A DNA stretch of 64,000 nt from Nitrospirota bacterium (lineage in GTDB: Bacteria; JACPQY01). How positions within the stretch are numbered: position 1 is the first letter of the stretch; each line of letters begins with the position of its first letter. The notes under the pieces are model-generated. The model made no database searches. It had not been told where the DNA came from and worked only from the letters and a program-made list of their open reading frames with translations. The DNA is taken from assembly GCA_016180645.1 (NCBI GenBank), contig JACPAV010000003.1, positions 62,001 to 126,000 of the forward strand, given 5' to 3'. A program made the translations under genes and the position numbers. This document shows, piece by piece, positions 8,634 through 17,953 of the stretch.

Positions 8634-9779
8634 TCAGAACAGCTCCCGGAAGAGGGCGTCGGAAAACAGGCGTCCGTGCGGAGTCAGGGTGAGGCTGTCG
8701 TCTCTCTGCGCGAGCCAACCATTCGACTCCCCTCTTTGGAAAAGTCCGGGAAAAGCATGCCTGGGATCTGTTTCGAACCGCTCATGGAACTCCCGGATCG
8801 ACACTCCGAAATCGCGCCGCAGGCCCAAGTAGAAGAATTCCTGCATCTTATCCTCTCGATCGATGACTCTTCCCTGCGCGATGCTGAGGCCGTTCCGTTC
8901 CACCTGATTCAAGTACTCCTCCGGTAATGCCGTATTCTCACATCGCCGGCCGCCCCAGAGCGAATGCGCACCCGCGCCGAGTCCGAGGTACTCCCGCCCC
9001 GGCGTCCAATAGAGGAGGTTATGCCGGCACTCGAAGCCGGGTCTCGCGAAATTGGAGATCTCATATTGACGATACCCGTTCGAGGTCAACACGTCCCAGG
9101 CACGTTGCGCCATTTCCGCGGATTCCCCATCTTCCGGGAGGGCCAACCGGCCCGAAGCGAGGAGAGAAATCAGCGGCGTGTCGTCCTCCGGAGTCAGGAG
9201 GTAGAGCGAGAGGTGCGGCAGCCCGAGGCCGACGATCTCCTTGAGCTCCTCGGTCCACGCATGGGGTGTCTGTCCGGGCCGCCCGTAGATAAAGTCCATA
9301 GAGAGGTTGCGAACACCGGCTCGTTTCGCTCCCTCCGCGAGGGTCCACGGATCAAGCGAGCGCGTCCGCCACAATCTCTTCCGATCATTCTCGTACATCG
9401 ATTGCATGCCGAACGAGAAACGATTCACGCCGGCGGCCTGAAGATCGTCCAGCTTGGCGATGGATTCGGCTTCCGGATACATTTCGATGGTGATCTCCGG
9501 CTCCGACACGGTGGCGTTCAGGTCCCACAGACCCCGGATCATGCGCTCGATGGCGCGCTGCGAAAATAGCGAGGGGGTGCCGCCGCCGAAGTAGATTGAG
9601 GCCAACCCACGCCCCTCGGAAGTTCCTCCCGCAAGGCGATGGGCGGCTTCCCTCAGAATGGCCTCGGAGTAACGCGCCTCCGGCAGGTCCGGCCGCAGGT
9701 ATGTGTTGAAATGGCAGTAGGGACACCTGGACTTACAGTAAGGGATATGAACGTAGACACCAAACTCCCGGTCAGTCAT
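8634..9779 (-). CDS. hemW: Radical SAM family heme chaperone
   Basis: YVHIPYCKSRCPYCHF, YFGGGTPS, YEISNFA, HNLLYW. Confidence 0.92.
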   Translation of the reverse strand: MTDREFGVYVHIPYCKSRCPYCHFNTYLRPDLPEARYSEAILREAAHRLAGGTSEGRGLASIYFGGGTPSLFSQRAIERMIRGLWDLNATVSEPEITIEMYPEAESIAKLDDLQAAGVNRFSFGMQSMYENDRKRLWRTRSLDPWTLAEGAKRAGVRNLSMDFIYGRPGQTPHAWTEELKEIVGLGLPHLSLYLLTPEDDTPLISLLASGRLALPEDGESAEMAQRAWDVLTSNGYRQYEISNFARPGFECRHNLLYWTPGREYLGLGAGAHSLWGGRRCENTALPEEYLNQVERNGLSIAQGRVIDREDKMQEFFYLGLRRDFGVSIREFHERFETDPRHAFPGLFQRGESNGWLAQRDDSLTLTPHGRLFSDALFRELF

Positions 9780-9825
9780 GAGGATACAATGCAGATACGG
9801 AACGGCTCTTGCAATCGAGGAGGGA

Positions 9826-10272
9826 CTACTCCGGCATCCCTCCCGGCACGTAGTGGATGTACTGATTCATCAGGCGGATTTCCTCGTCCTTCTTCTCCAT
9901 CTCGAAAAATGTGATGTCCCGGATGGAGACGATGCCGATGAGATGGTCACCCTTCACAAGGGGCAGGTGGCGAATGCCCGCCTGGCGCATCCGGCTGAGA
10001 CAGACGTCGTAGTCCTCATCGGCATCGGCGAGGAGGAGGTTGCGTGTCATGATCGATTCGACCGGCGTCTTGTTGGGCTCGCGCCCTTCAGCCACAACTT
10101 TGTTCATGATGTCGCGTTCGGTTACGATGCCTACGAGCCGATCGCCCTCCAGCACCGCCGCCGCCCCGACTTTCGAGGCCGCCATCGTCTTTGCCGCATC
10201 TTGGGCCGTTTGTGAAGGCGACACGTGAATGATGGCCCGCTTCCTCAACACTTCGCCAATTTTGGTCCCCAT
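9826..10272 (-). CDS. CBS domain protein
   Basis: Tandem CBS repeats (LVGIVTERDI, IRHLPLV, IGIVSIRD). Confidence 0.92.
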   Translation of the reverse strand: MGTKIGEVLRKRAIIHVSPSQTAQDAAKTMAASKVGAAAVLEGDRLVGIVTERDIMNKVVAEGREPNKTPVESIMTRNLLLADADEDYDVCLSRMRQAGIRHLPLVKGDHLIGIVSIRDITFFEMEKKDEEIRLMNQYIHYVPGGMPE

Positions 10273-10380
10273 CTCAACCCCCTTTTCGATTGTTTACGCT
10301 CACCCTTGTTCTACTAAGGATGATCGCCAGGGTCAACAAAATTGAACAGTCGCAGGGACTCGGGAAAGCCGATCAAACGA

Positions 10381-11523
10381 TCACGGCGTCCTGGCGCAAC
10401 GGAAACCCAGGTTTCTGAACATTCCCGCGGGACTCTTGTCCACGCGGTCTGAGGATCGCGCGTAGTCGGAGCCGGTGTCCCATGCTCCGCCTTTGTAGAC
10501 ACCGAAGGCGCCCGTGGCCGGCCCCGTGGGATCGGTCGCCGGCGCCGAACCGTAGTAGGCTGAATCGTACCGGTCGCTCACCCACTCGAAGACGTTTCCA
10601 GCCATGTCCAAGATTCCGTAAGGGGACGCGCCGGCCGGGTAGGAACCGACCAGCGATGTATCGCCCACACAGTAATCCTTGCCATCATGAAAATTCAGTT
10701 TCGTGCAGTCGGCTCCCGAGGCAAAGGGGGCGCTGGTGGACATCGCCCCACCCCAGGGGTAGGGGCGCAGGTTGCAGTTGGCAACATTCCCGGTGCCGGC
10801 AGAATCGGCGACGCTGCATTGGCCGCCGGCCAGCCCGACGAGGCTTCCATCCGCCGGACCCCGCGCCGCCTTTTCCCACTCCGCCTCCGTTGGGAGTCGG
10901 CGACTTTTCCACGTGCAGTACGCGGCGGCATGATCCCGAGTCACATAGATCATGGGGAAGTCATCGTAGGCAGAATTCCCGTAGTACGAATCTCGCGTAT
11001 TCGACTTCTCAATCAAGGGCGCCGTGCAGGCCCCTGCCGCAACGCACCCCTTGAAATTCGCGTTGGTCACTTCGTATTTTTCAGTGTAGTACGCGGAGAG
11101 CGTGACAAGTCGGCGAGGAGTCTCTTCGGGATTCCCTTCTCCCGTCTTCGATCCTTGGACGAACGTTCCGGCGGGGACGGCGATCATGCAGTCGTAGGCT
11201 TCCTTCACGCAGCATTCGAAGGGCTGGTTGTTGCAGGAAAAAAGCGACGTCGTACCAGTGGAGGCGGCTGGCTCGATGGTGTTTCCGTCCTCGGTTCCGA
11301 CCTCTTCGGCAGGCGCCGGCCCACCGGATACTCGATCCGACGATGCGTCATCCGAGCAGGACCCTGCGCACAAGCCGCCAAGAACAGCGACGAGCGTGAT
11401 GTGTTGGATGCGGAATCCGGAGACCATAGGAGGCCGGTGAACGGGTTCGGGCGGGTCTTCCGAAGATTCTCGGTTCAAAACACATTCGCTCCCCTTGAGC
11501 ATCTCCATGCCGGATTCCAGCAT
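10381..11523 (-). CDS. Formylglycine-generating enzyme (SUMF1)-like domain protein, probably exported
   Basis: KYEVTN, RLPTEAEWEKAARG, SPYGILDMAGNVFEW, GFRCA; the true start is probably downstream of 11523. Confidence 0.88.
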   Translation of the reverse strand: MLESGMEMLKGSECVLNRESSEDPPEPVHRPPMVSGFRIQHITLVAVLGGLCAGSCSDDASSDRVSGGPAPAEEVGTEDGNTIEPAASTGTTSLFSCNNQPFECCVKEAYDCMIAVPAGTFVQGSKTGEGNPEETPRRLVTLSAYYTEKYEVTNANFKGCVAAGACTAPLIEKSNTRDSYYGNSAYDDFPMIYVTRDHAAAYCTWKSRRLPTEAEWEKAARGPADGSLVGLAGGQCSVADSAGTGNVANCNLRPYPWGGAMSTSAPFASGADCTKLNFHDGKDYCVGDTSLVGSYPAGASPYGILDMAGNVFEWVSDRYDSAYYGSAPATDPTGPATGAFGVYKGGAWDTGSDYARSSDRVDKSPAGMFRNLGFRCARTP

Positions 11524-11604
11524 CTTATCCGTTGATGATTCTATGTCAAACGCAACGGACCCGTCTTCCCCTCACTTCATGATCGTGATAACCTCCCCTT
11601 CACC

Positions 11605-11678
11605 GCGCCTGTAGCTCAACTGGATAGAGCGACGGCCTACGGAGCCGTAGGCTGGGGGTTCAAATCCCTCCAGGCGCA
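11605..11678 (+). tRNA. tRNA-Arg(ACG)
   Basis: GCGCCTG/CAGGCGC acceptor stem, anticodon arm ACGGC-CTACGGA-GCCGT, GTTCAAATC T-loop; CCA not encoded. Confidence 0.97.
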
Positions 11679-11697
11679 CTTCCGACACTAGCTTTGA

Positions 11698-11751
11698 GGC
11701 AGTGGAGTCCGCCGAAACCGCCACGGTCCGCCCGTGGCCAATGACTCCTAC
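11698..11751 (+). ncRNA. Fluoride (crcB) riboswitch
   Basis: GGCAGTGGAGTCCGCC-GAAACCGCC...GGCCAATGACTCCTAC fits the crcB consensus; GGAGTC/GACTCC pseudoknot; upstream of an antiporter. Confidence 0.85.
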
Positions 11752-11841
11752 GGGGCTGAAGATCCGTGGGAGCCGTTCAACGCCCAACGAGGGCAATCAA
11801 CCCCGAAGCGAGTCGGATTTTTTGTTGGAGGAGGTTGACGA

Positions 11842-13077
11842 ATGGAAAACACCTACGCGATCGCCGCCGTCTGGATCGGCCTCGCCCTCGTGGCCACGTT
11901 TCTGGGGACCCGTCTCCGCATTTCGAACGCCCTCATGGAAATTGTCATCGGCATCGCCGCCGGGGCCGGGGCGACCCACTTTTTCGGTCCCGACGCCCTG
12001 GGCGCCAAACTCCCCTGGCTGACCTTCCTGGCCGGAACCGGCGCGGTGGTCCTGACGTTTCTCGCGGGCGCCGAACTCGATCCGGGCACCATGCGCACGA
12101 AGTGGAAAGAAGTGTCGCTGGTCGGCCTCGTGAGCTTCGCGGCCCCGTTTCTCGGCTGCGCAGCCATCGCACGGTTTGTCCTCGGATGGTCGCCCCATTC
12201 AAGCTGGCTCGCGGGCATCGCGCTCTCAACCACCTCGATGGCGGTCGTGTACGCCGTCATGCTGGAGACCGGCTTCAATCGAACGGAATTCGGAAAAGGC
12301 ATTCTCGGCGCCTGCTTCGTGACGGATCTCGGAACGGTGGTCGCTCTGGGGCTAATGTTTGCTCCCTTTACATGGAAGACCGGCGTGTTCGTCCTCGGCT
12401 CCGTCGCGGCTTTCATTCTGCTTCCTCTCGTCACCCCGCACCTCATCAATCACTACGCAAACCGGACCGCGGCGTTCCGCACCAAATGGGTCCTGTTCAT
12501 CCTCTTTAGCCTCGGCGCGCTCGCCCTCTGGGCGGGCAGCGAGGCCGTTCTCCCCGCCTACATCGCGGGGATGCTGCTTTCGAAAGATCTCTCCGCCGAT
12601 CATCAGTTCATCAGGAGGCTGCGCACGCTCACCATCGGCTTCCTCAGCCCGTTCTACTTCCTGCGCGCAGGGTCGCTTGTTTCGGTCCCGGCCCTTATCG
12701 CGGCACCGCTGGTTTTCCTCGCCCTTTTCGGCGGAAAAATCGCCACGAAAATATTCGGCCTCGTCCCGATCGTCGGCCTCTTCAGGCGAAACCCCAAGGA
12801 GCGCTGGTACTACACGCTGCTGATGTCCACCGGTCTGACCTTCGGCACGATCTCGGCGCTGTTCGGTCTCACGCACGGCATCGTGACACAGGATCAATAC
12901 TCACACCTTGTAGCGGTCGTCATCGGCTCAGCCGTGGTGCCGACGCTGGTCGCAGGCGCGGTATTTCTGCCCCGCCATCTCCTGACCCCCCAGGTGACGG
13001 CCCGCCTCGCGGCGGATGCGGAAGCCGTGAAGGCGCGGCGGGACCTCCAGCCACCCGAACCCCCGGAGGAGGGATAG
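11842..13077 (+). CDS. Cation:proton antiporter (Na+/H+ exchanger family)
   Basis: LTFLAGAELD, ALSTTSMAVV, ACFVTDLG; GGAGG RBS. Confidence 0.9.
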   Translation: MENTYAIAAVWIGLALVATFLGTRLRISNALMEIVIGIAAGAGATHFFGPDALGAKLPWLTFLAGTGAVVLTFLAGAELDPGTMRTKWKEVSLVGLVSFAAPFLGCAAIARFVLGWSPHSSWLAGIALSTTSMAVVYAVMLETGFNRTEFGKGILGACFVTDLGTVVALGLMFAPFTWKTGVFVLGSVAAFILLPLVTPHLINHYANRTAAFRTKWVLFILFSLGALALWAGSEAVLPAYIAGMLLSKDLSADHQFIRRLRTLTIGFLSPFYFLRAGSLVSVPALIAAPLVFLALFGGKIATKIFGLVPIVGLFRRNPKERWYYTLLMSTGLTFGTISALFGLTHGIVTQDQYSHLVAVVIGSAVVPTLVAGAVFLPRHLLTPQVTARLAADAEAVKARRDLQPPEPPEEG

Positions 13078-13287
13078 CGCCGAATCCATCGGGAGCCGGA
13101 CGTTCCGATCTCCCTATGCGGATGACCGGGCGACCGGTTTCGGCGAGAACGATCCACGCGGTTTCCTCTGGACCGAAACTCCAAAATAGGGAACTCGAAG
13201 AGAGCCGGCATCAGGCCCACCGATAAGTCTGCCTGCGCGGCGCCTCCTGGTTTGTAGGCCCCGCGAAGACGTGGTAGGTGTGCGGAC

Positions 13288-13491
13288 ATGAGGAAGGGGA
13301 GCGGACGGGTCTTGGAGAAGGGTGCGGAGATTGCGACCCAGATTGGACTGGCGGCCGTCATCGGGGGGGTTGCTGACGCGGTCGTGGACGGTTCGCGGAA
13401 GGCCGTCGACCTGTACGGGGTAGGTATCGGGGTTGTGCTTCTCGTGCTTGCGCTGTGGTTGACGAGCAAGATCGATGGTGGTAGCAATTGA
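13288..13491 (+). CDS. Small membrane protein (67 aa)
   Basis: Two hydrophobic segments; followed 2 nt later by a second micro-ORF. Confidence 0.55.
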   Translation: MRKGSGRVLEKGAEIATQIGLAAVIGGVADAVVDGSRKAVDLYGVGIGVVLLVLALWLTSKIDGGSN

Positions 13492-13493
13492 GT

Positions 13494-13610
13494 ATGGACA
13501 CGGCGAGTCTGGTTCTTTTCGCAGCCTTTACGGGGGCCCTGCTCTTTGGAGTCGGACTTGCCCTGTACGCGGTCTACGTCACCCGGAAGAAACCGACCCC
13601 TCAAAGCTGA
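13494..13610 (+). CDS. Small single-TM protein (38 aa), absent from the ORF track
   Basis: MDTASLVLFAAFTGALLFGVGLALYAVYVTRKKPTPQS*: one TM helix and a basic tail. Confidence 0.55.
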   Translation: MDTASLVLFAAFTGALLFGVGLALYAVYVTRKKPTPQS

Positions 13611-13755
13611 CGGTTCTTTCCTTCACTCTTTTTCCGGCGACGAAAACAGCCCTCTGAATTCCGCCGCCTTGTTCTGCCGGCATGCGGTTGCCCCCACGCA
13701 TGGGCGGTGCCTATTCCGCTCGAAACGCGAGACAGACCGGCCGATCTCGCGATCC

Positions 13756-14667
13756 CTATCGCAAGCGGGTCTTCTTGATGACGCCTCCCTCGGCGTCCGA
13801 CAACGCGTGACAGGTCACGAAGGCCTTCTCGTCCAGCGATCGAACGATTTCCTTCACCCTTCCGACCTCCAATCGAGTCACGACGCACAGCAGAATGTCC
13901 CGGCCCTCCCGATGCATTCCTCCATACCCTTGAAACGCCGTGACACCGCGGCCCATCTCGCCGGTGATGGTTTGCCGAATCGCATCGCTCTGCCGGGAGA
14001 CAATGGTGACCGCCGTGAACTCCTCCAAGCCGTAGAGGACGAAATCGAGGGTTTTGGCGGCAGCCATGTACGTGAGGATGGAATAGAGCGCCGCTTCCAC
14101 CCCAAGGACCGACATGGCCACGAGAAACAGCACGACATTGAAGCCCAGGATGAGGTCGCCCACTCTCAGCGCGTGAATACGCCGGCTGATCAAAAGAGCG
14201 GCAATCTCCGTGCCGTCAAGGACCGCCCCTCCCCTCACCGCAAGCCCGATGCCCGCGCCGAGGAAAAAGCCGCCGAATACCGCGGTCAGCAGCTTATCCG
14301 GGGTGACATCAGGGTAGGGAATCAAGGCGACGGCTGCGGCGAGGCCCGCGATGGCAACAACGCTTCGCACGGCGAAGGCCCGCCCGATGTATCGGTACCC
14401 CACGGCAATGAAGGGCAGGTTGACCACCGGCAGCCAGAACGACAGGGGTAGCGGCGTAATTTTCGAGACCAACATGGAGACGCCCGTCACGCCTCCGTCG
14501 ATAAAATTGCTTGACCGCAGAAACCCATTCAGCCCCATACCGGCCGAGAGGACCCCCAGCCCGATGACTGAACCGTTCAGCAGTTCGCGCAGGCTACGTC
14601 TCCAATAACGATCCAGATTCCCGATTTTCACGCCGACCACGCAATCAAATCTTCTTCTCCACGTCAA
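13756..14667 (-). CDS. YitT family membrane protein
   Basis: FIDGGVTGVS, GAVLDGTEI, GRGVT; C-terminal DUF2179-like region. Confidence 0.9.
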   Translation of the reverse strand: MTWRRRFDCVVGVKIGNLDRYWRRSLRELLNGSVIGLGVLSAGMGLNGFLRSSNFIDGGVTGVSMLVSKITPLPLSFWLPVVNLPFIAVGYRYIGRAFAVRSVVAIAGLAAAVALIPYPDVTPDKLLTAVFGGFFLGAGIGLAVRGGAVLDGTEIAALLISRRIHALRVGDLILGFNVVLFLVAMSVLGVEAALYSILTYMAAAKTLDFVLYGLEEFTAVTIVSRQSDAIRQTITGEMGRGVTAFQGYGGMHREGRDILLCVVTRLEVGRVKEIVRSLDEKAFVTCHALSDAEGGVIKKTRLR

Positions 14668-14671
14668 TCAT

Positions 14672-14731
14672 GCCGAGCCTGAAGGCTCGGCTGCACGCTT
14701 TTCGCTTTGTAGCGGGCCCTTCAGTGTCCGC
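14672..14731. repeat. Degenerate REP-like palindromes
   Basis: GCCGAGCCTGAAGGCTCGGC and GTAGCGGGCCCTTCAGTGTCCGC. Confidence 0.55.
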
Positions 14732-14858
14732 GTCCCCGTCTGCGAATCCGCACTTTCTCACGAACCTGCCCGGAACAACACCAGCGCATCTTCAATGCAG
14801 GGACCGGACGAGGTGAAAGGTGAGGATGTGCGTCCTGGATGCGGGCGCCGAAGCGCCT

Positions 14859-16682
14859 TCAGGGAAGCGCTTCTTCGCGGGAGGAGATCACGCCCCGCGC
14901 CGCCTCCTGACCACGTTTGTAGCTTTCGAGCGATTCTTGGCCCCCCAATCCGGCTTCGATGGCCGGCACCAATGCCGTGGCCGTCTCAATCCGGGCGAGG
15001 TAGACGTAATTCGCTCCCGCCCGGTACATCGACGGTACGGAATCCAGAGTCACGGCGTTCACGATGATCATGGCCGTGGGGTTGAGATGGCGGAGATTCC
15101 TGGCGAGCTGGGTGTTTGAGGTGCCTTTCAAGACATCGTCTTGAATGGTGCAGATGATCACCTGCGCCTGATCGATACCCAGGTGATGCAGCGATTCCGT
15201 GTTGGAGATATCGCCGTATTTCACACGGGCCCCCGTGGCGGAAATCTTGGCATGCAGGGCCACGTTAAAGTCGATCACCAACATTCTTTTCAGCATTTCA
15301 GGGCGTGTTCGCTTGATTTCGTGCAATAGGGACGAAGCGACGCGGTGGAAACCGAGCAGGACCACCTCGGGGGATTCCTCTTCAGAGGCCGATGCGTGGA
15401 TAACGGGCGGTATCTTGAAACCGAGAAGAGAAAGCAGTGATCCCAAACGGTCGTGCAGCGTATCGGCCACGACGAAAAGCGCGGGCGTACCGAGCGCTGT
15501 AATCACGAATCCGAAGATGACGGCGCTGACCATCCTGCTCTCAAGGTGATCGAAGCCGAGCCCCAGATATGCGATGACCAAACAGAATTCCGAGATCTGA
15601 GCGAGCTTGGTCGCTCCGACGAAAGCGTTTCGGCGGTCCAGGCCCGTGAAGTACATGAGTGGGAAGAACACGACGTATCGGGCGAGAACGCAAATGGCTC
15701 CAAGGATCGCGGCCCAAATAAGGATGTCGATGCTCTCGGGTCGGGGAATGCCCATCCCCAGGCCGACAAAGAAAAGAGTCACGAAAAAGTCGCGCACGAC
15801 GGCCACTTTTGTGACCACTTCGTGAGCATAAGGGAGGCCGGCGATCGTCGCTCCGGCGATAAGCGCGCCCATTTCCATGGTGACCGAAAGGTGCAGATGA
15901 ATTCCGATCAGTGCCAGAATGTGCTCCAGATTGGCGCCGAACGCACCCAATCCAAAGCACCAGCCTGTCGCCACCACCAGCATGAGCTCGGGCGTCTTCG
16001 CGATCCACTTGAAGGCCGTAGGCAGGACGTATTTGGCCAGGAGGATGGACGTCAGCAGGACGATGCCGATGCCCAGAAATGTTAGACCGACCGTTCCCAT
16101 CTCCGGGTTCTGGAAATTGGGCTGTACCGCCAGTACAACGATGGACCAAATATCTTGGAAAATCAGGATGCCGAGTCCGACGCGGCCCACCACCGTGTCC
16201 ATCTGATATTTCTCCTGAAGCAGTTTGACCACAAGAAGGGTTGAGGACGCCGCCACCGTGAACCCGACGTAGATCGGCACATAGGTGCCGGAAACCATTG
16301 ACCAACCGGTGGACCTTAGGGCCAGAGTTACCGCGTATCCAAAGGCAACGCACAACGGGAATTGAAGGAGGCCCGAGAGGATGAGCGTCTTGCCGCTCTC
16401 GAGCAGTTTCTTGACGTCCATTTCCAGCCCAATGACAAGAAGCAGGAGGGTCAGGCCCAAGCTGGCGATAGTTTCGATATTGCCCTTGTCGGTGACGAAC
16501 CCGCCGACTTCCGGCCCTACGAGGACGCCGGCCACCAGGAAGGCAGCGATCGTGGGTATCTTCAGGCGAGTGAACAGAACGCAAAGAATCCCCGACAGGA
16601 TGAGGCAAAACCCAATATCCTGCACAAGCGGCGCCGGACCCCCGGCACTGCTCAACAGATAGTGGAGAGGCGGAAAGCTCAA
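14859..16682 (-). CDS. CPA2 cation:proton antiporter with C-terminal RCK/TrkA-N domain (KefC-like)
   Basis: LLLVIGLEMD, GILIFQD, LAQISEF; then VVLLGFHRVA...YGDIS. Confidence 0.9.
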   Translation of the reverse strand: MSFPPLHYLLSSAGGPAPLVQDIGFCLILSGILCVLFTRLKIPTIAAFLVAGVLVGPEVGGFVTDKGNIETIASLGLTLLLLVIGLEMDVKKLLESGKTLILSGLLQFPLCVAFGYAVTLALRSTGWSMVSGTYVPIYVGFTVAASSTLLVVKLLQEKYQMDTVVGRVGLGILIFQDIWSIVVLAVQPNFQNPEMGTVGLTFLGIGIVLLTSILLAKYVLPTAFKWIAKTPELMLVVATGWCFGLGAFGANLEHILALIGIHLHLSVTMEMGALIAGATIAGLPYAHEVVTKVAVVRDFFVTLFFVGLGMGIPRPESIDILIWAAILGAICVLARYVVFFPLMYFTGLDRRNAFVGATKLAQISEFCLVIAYLGLGFDHLESRMVSAVIFGFVITALGTPALFVVADTLHDRLGSLLSLLGFKIPPVIHASASEEESPEVVLLGFHRVASSLLHEIKRTRPEMLKRMLVIDFNVALHAKISATGARVKYGDISNTESLHHLGIDQAQVIICTIQDDVLKGTSNTQLARNLRHLNPTAMIIVNAVTLDSVPSMYRAGANYVYLARIETATALVPAIEAGLGGQESLESYKRGQEAARGVISSREEALP

Positions 16683-16823
16683 GAGTTTCCCACTGGAGGC
16701 TGCCGTTGATACCCGCTGCGCAGGGAGACAATGCGGACCGCCTGTCCAAATGTGACCTGGATCCGTGCGGGTTGCACTGCTGAAGCTGTCACCTGTTCCA
16801 CCGTCGGTTGATCTTGATGCGAA

Positions 16824-17054
16824 TCAGATGTTGAAGAACAGGTTGGTTTGCGGGCGAAGTGCGATTTGGAGGAGTTGCTTCAGAGCGTCCCCTTCGAACC
16901 ACACGCCCTTGCAGTCGGGGCATTTCATGAGCGGGATGTTTTCATAGGTCTTCTCATCCAAACCGATTCCGCACTTTGGGCATGAGGCGGTTTTGGGCAG
17001 TGGCTTTACGAGCCGCGACCGACGGGGCTTTTGCGGGCGGCGGGAGCGGCCCAT
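16824..17054 (-). CDS. Zinc-ribbon (zf-TFIIB-like) protein
   Basis: CPKC...CPDCKGVWFEGDAL. Confidence 0.75.
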   Translation of the reverse strand: MGRSRRPQKPRRSRLVKPLPKTASCPKCGIGLDEKTYENIPLMKCPDCKGVWFEGDALKQLLQIALRPQTNLFFNI

Positions 17055-17299
17055 CAGAATCGCCGGACGAGTTCACGAAAACCCCAGACCACCCACGCGA
17101 GGGTCACCAATCCAAGAATGACTCCGCCCAGGGGAGCCTCGGAAAGCCACGCGCGTGAAGACATGGGCGCATGCTATAGGCGGCTCGTTCGGTCACACAA
17201 TCCCATGAAATCACGCGCATGGGAGCCGATGAACTACCATGGAATGGGAGACGGAATGCCCTCTCCCACGGGGGGGGGTGTGGGTCTGCGCTCGCGGCG

Positions 17300-17953
17300 C
17301 TATTCGCGAATAGGTCTGCCCATCGCTCTGCTCACGGCTTCCGTTTTCGAGTTAACCTGAAGTTTCTGGTAAAGGTTCTTGATGTGGCTCTGTACGGTTC
17401 CGAAGGAGATTTTGAGCGTGTCGGCGATCTGCTTGTAGGCGGACCCACGGGCGAGAAGTTCCAAGATTTCCCTTTCCCTTCGCGTGAGGAGCGTGGTGGG
17501 TGTCCCGGTGGCGGTGTTTCTTCGGAACTCCTCCAATACGCGTTTGGCAATGACGGGAGACATCGGGGCTCCGTCATGCTTCGTCAGGGTATCGAGGGCG
17601 GCGACGATGTCTTCCGGAGTCGAGTCTTTCAATAGGTATCCGCTCGCGCCCGCCTTCAGGGACTCGAACACGGCCTCGTCACGGTCGAAAATCGTCAGAA
17701 CAATGACTTCGACATTGGGCGACTCGCTCTTGATTTTGCGTATCGCCTCGATGCCGTTCATTCCGGGCAGGCCCAGGTCCATCAGCACCACATCCGGCTT
17801 AACTCGGGGCAGGAGCGCCATGGCTTCCTCCGCAGTCGACGCTGACCCGGCAACCGCATACTCGGTTTGTTGATCGATGAACAAGGCGAGCATCAGCCTC
17901 GTGAGCTTCTGATCCTCCACGATCATGACTCGGCCGGCCTCGGACACGGTCAC
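17300..17953 (-). CDS. NarL/LuxR-family response regulator
   Basis: DVVLMDLGLPGMNG, GASGYLLK, LTRREREIL HTH. Confidence 0.95.
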   Translation of the reverse strand: MTVSEAGRVMIVEDQKLTRLMLALFIDQQTEYAVAGSASTAEEAMALLPRVKPDVVLMDLGLPGMNGIEAIRKIKSESPNVEVIVLTIFDRDEAVFESLKAGASGYLLKDSTPEDIVAALDTLTKHDGAPMSPVIAKRVLEEFRRNTATGTPTTLLTRREREILELLARGSAYKQIADTLKISFGTVQSHIKNLYQKLQVNSKTEAVSRAMGRPIRE

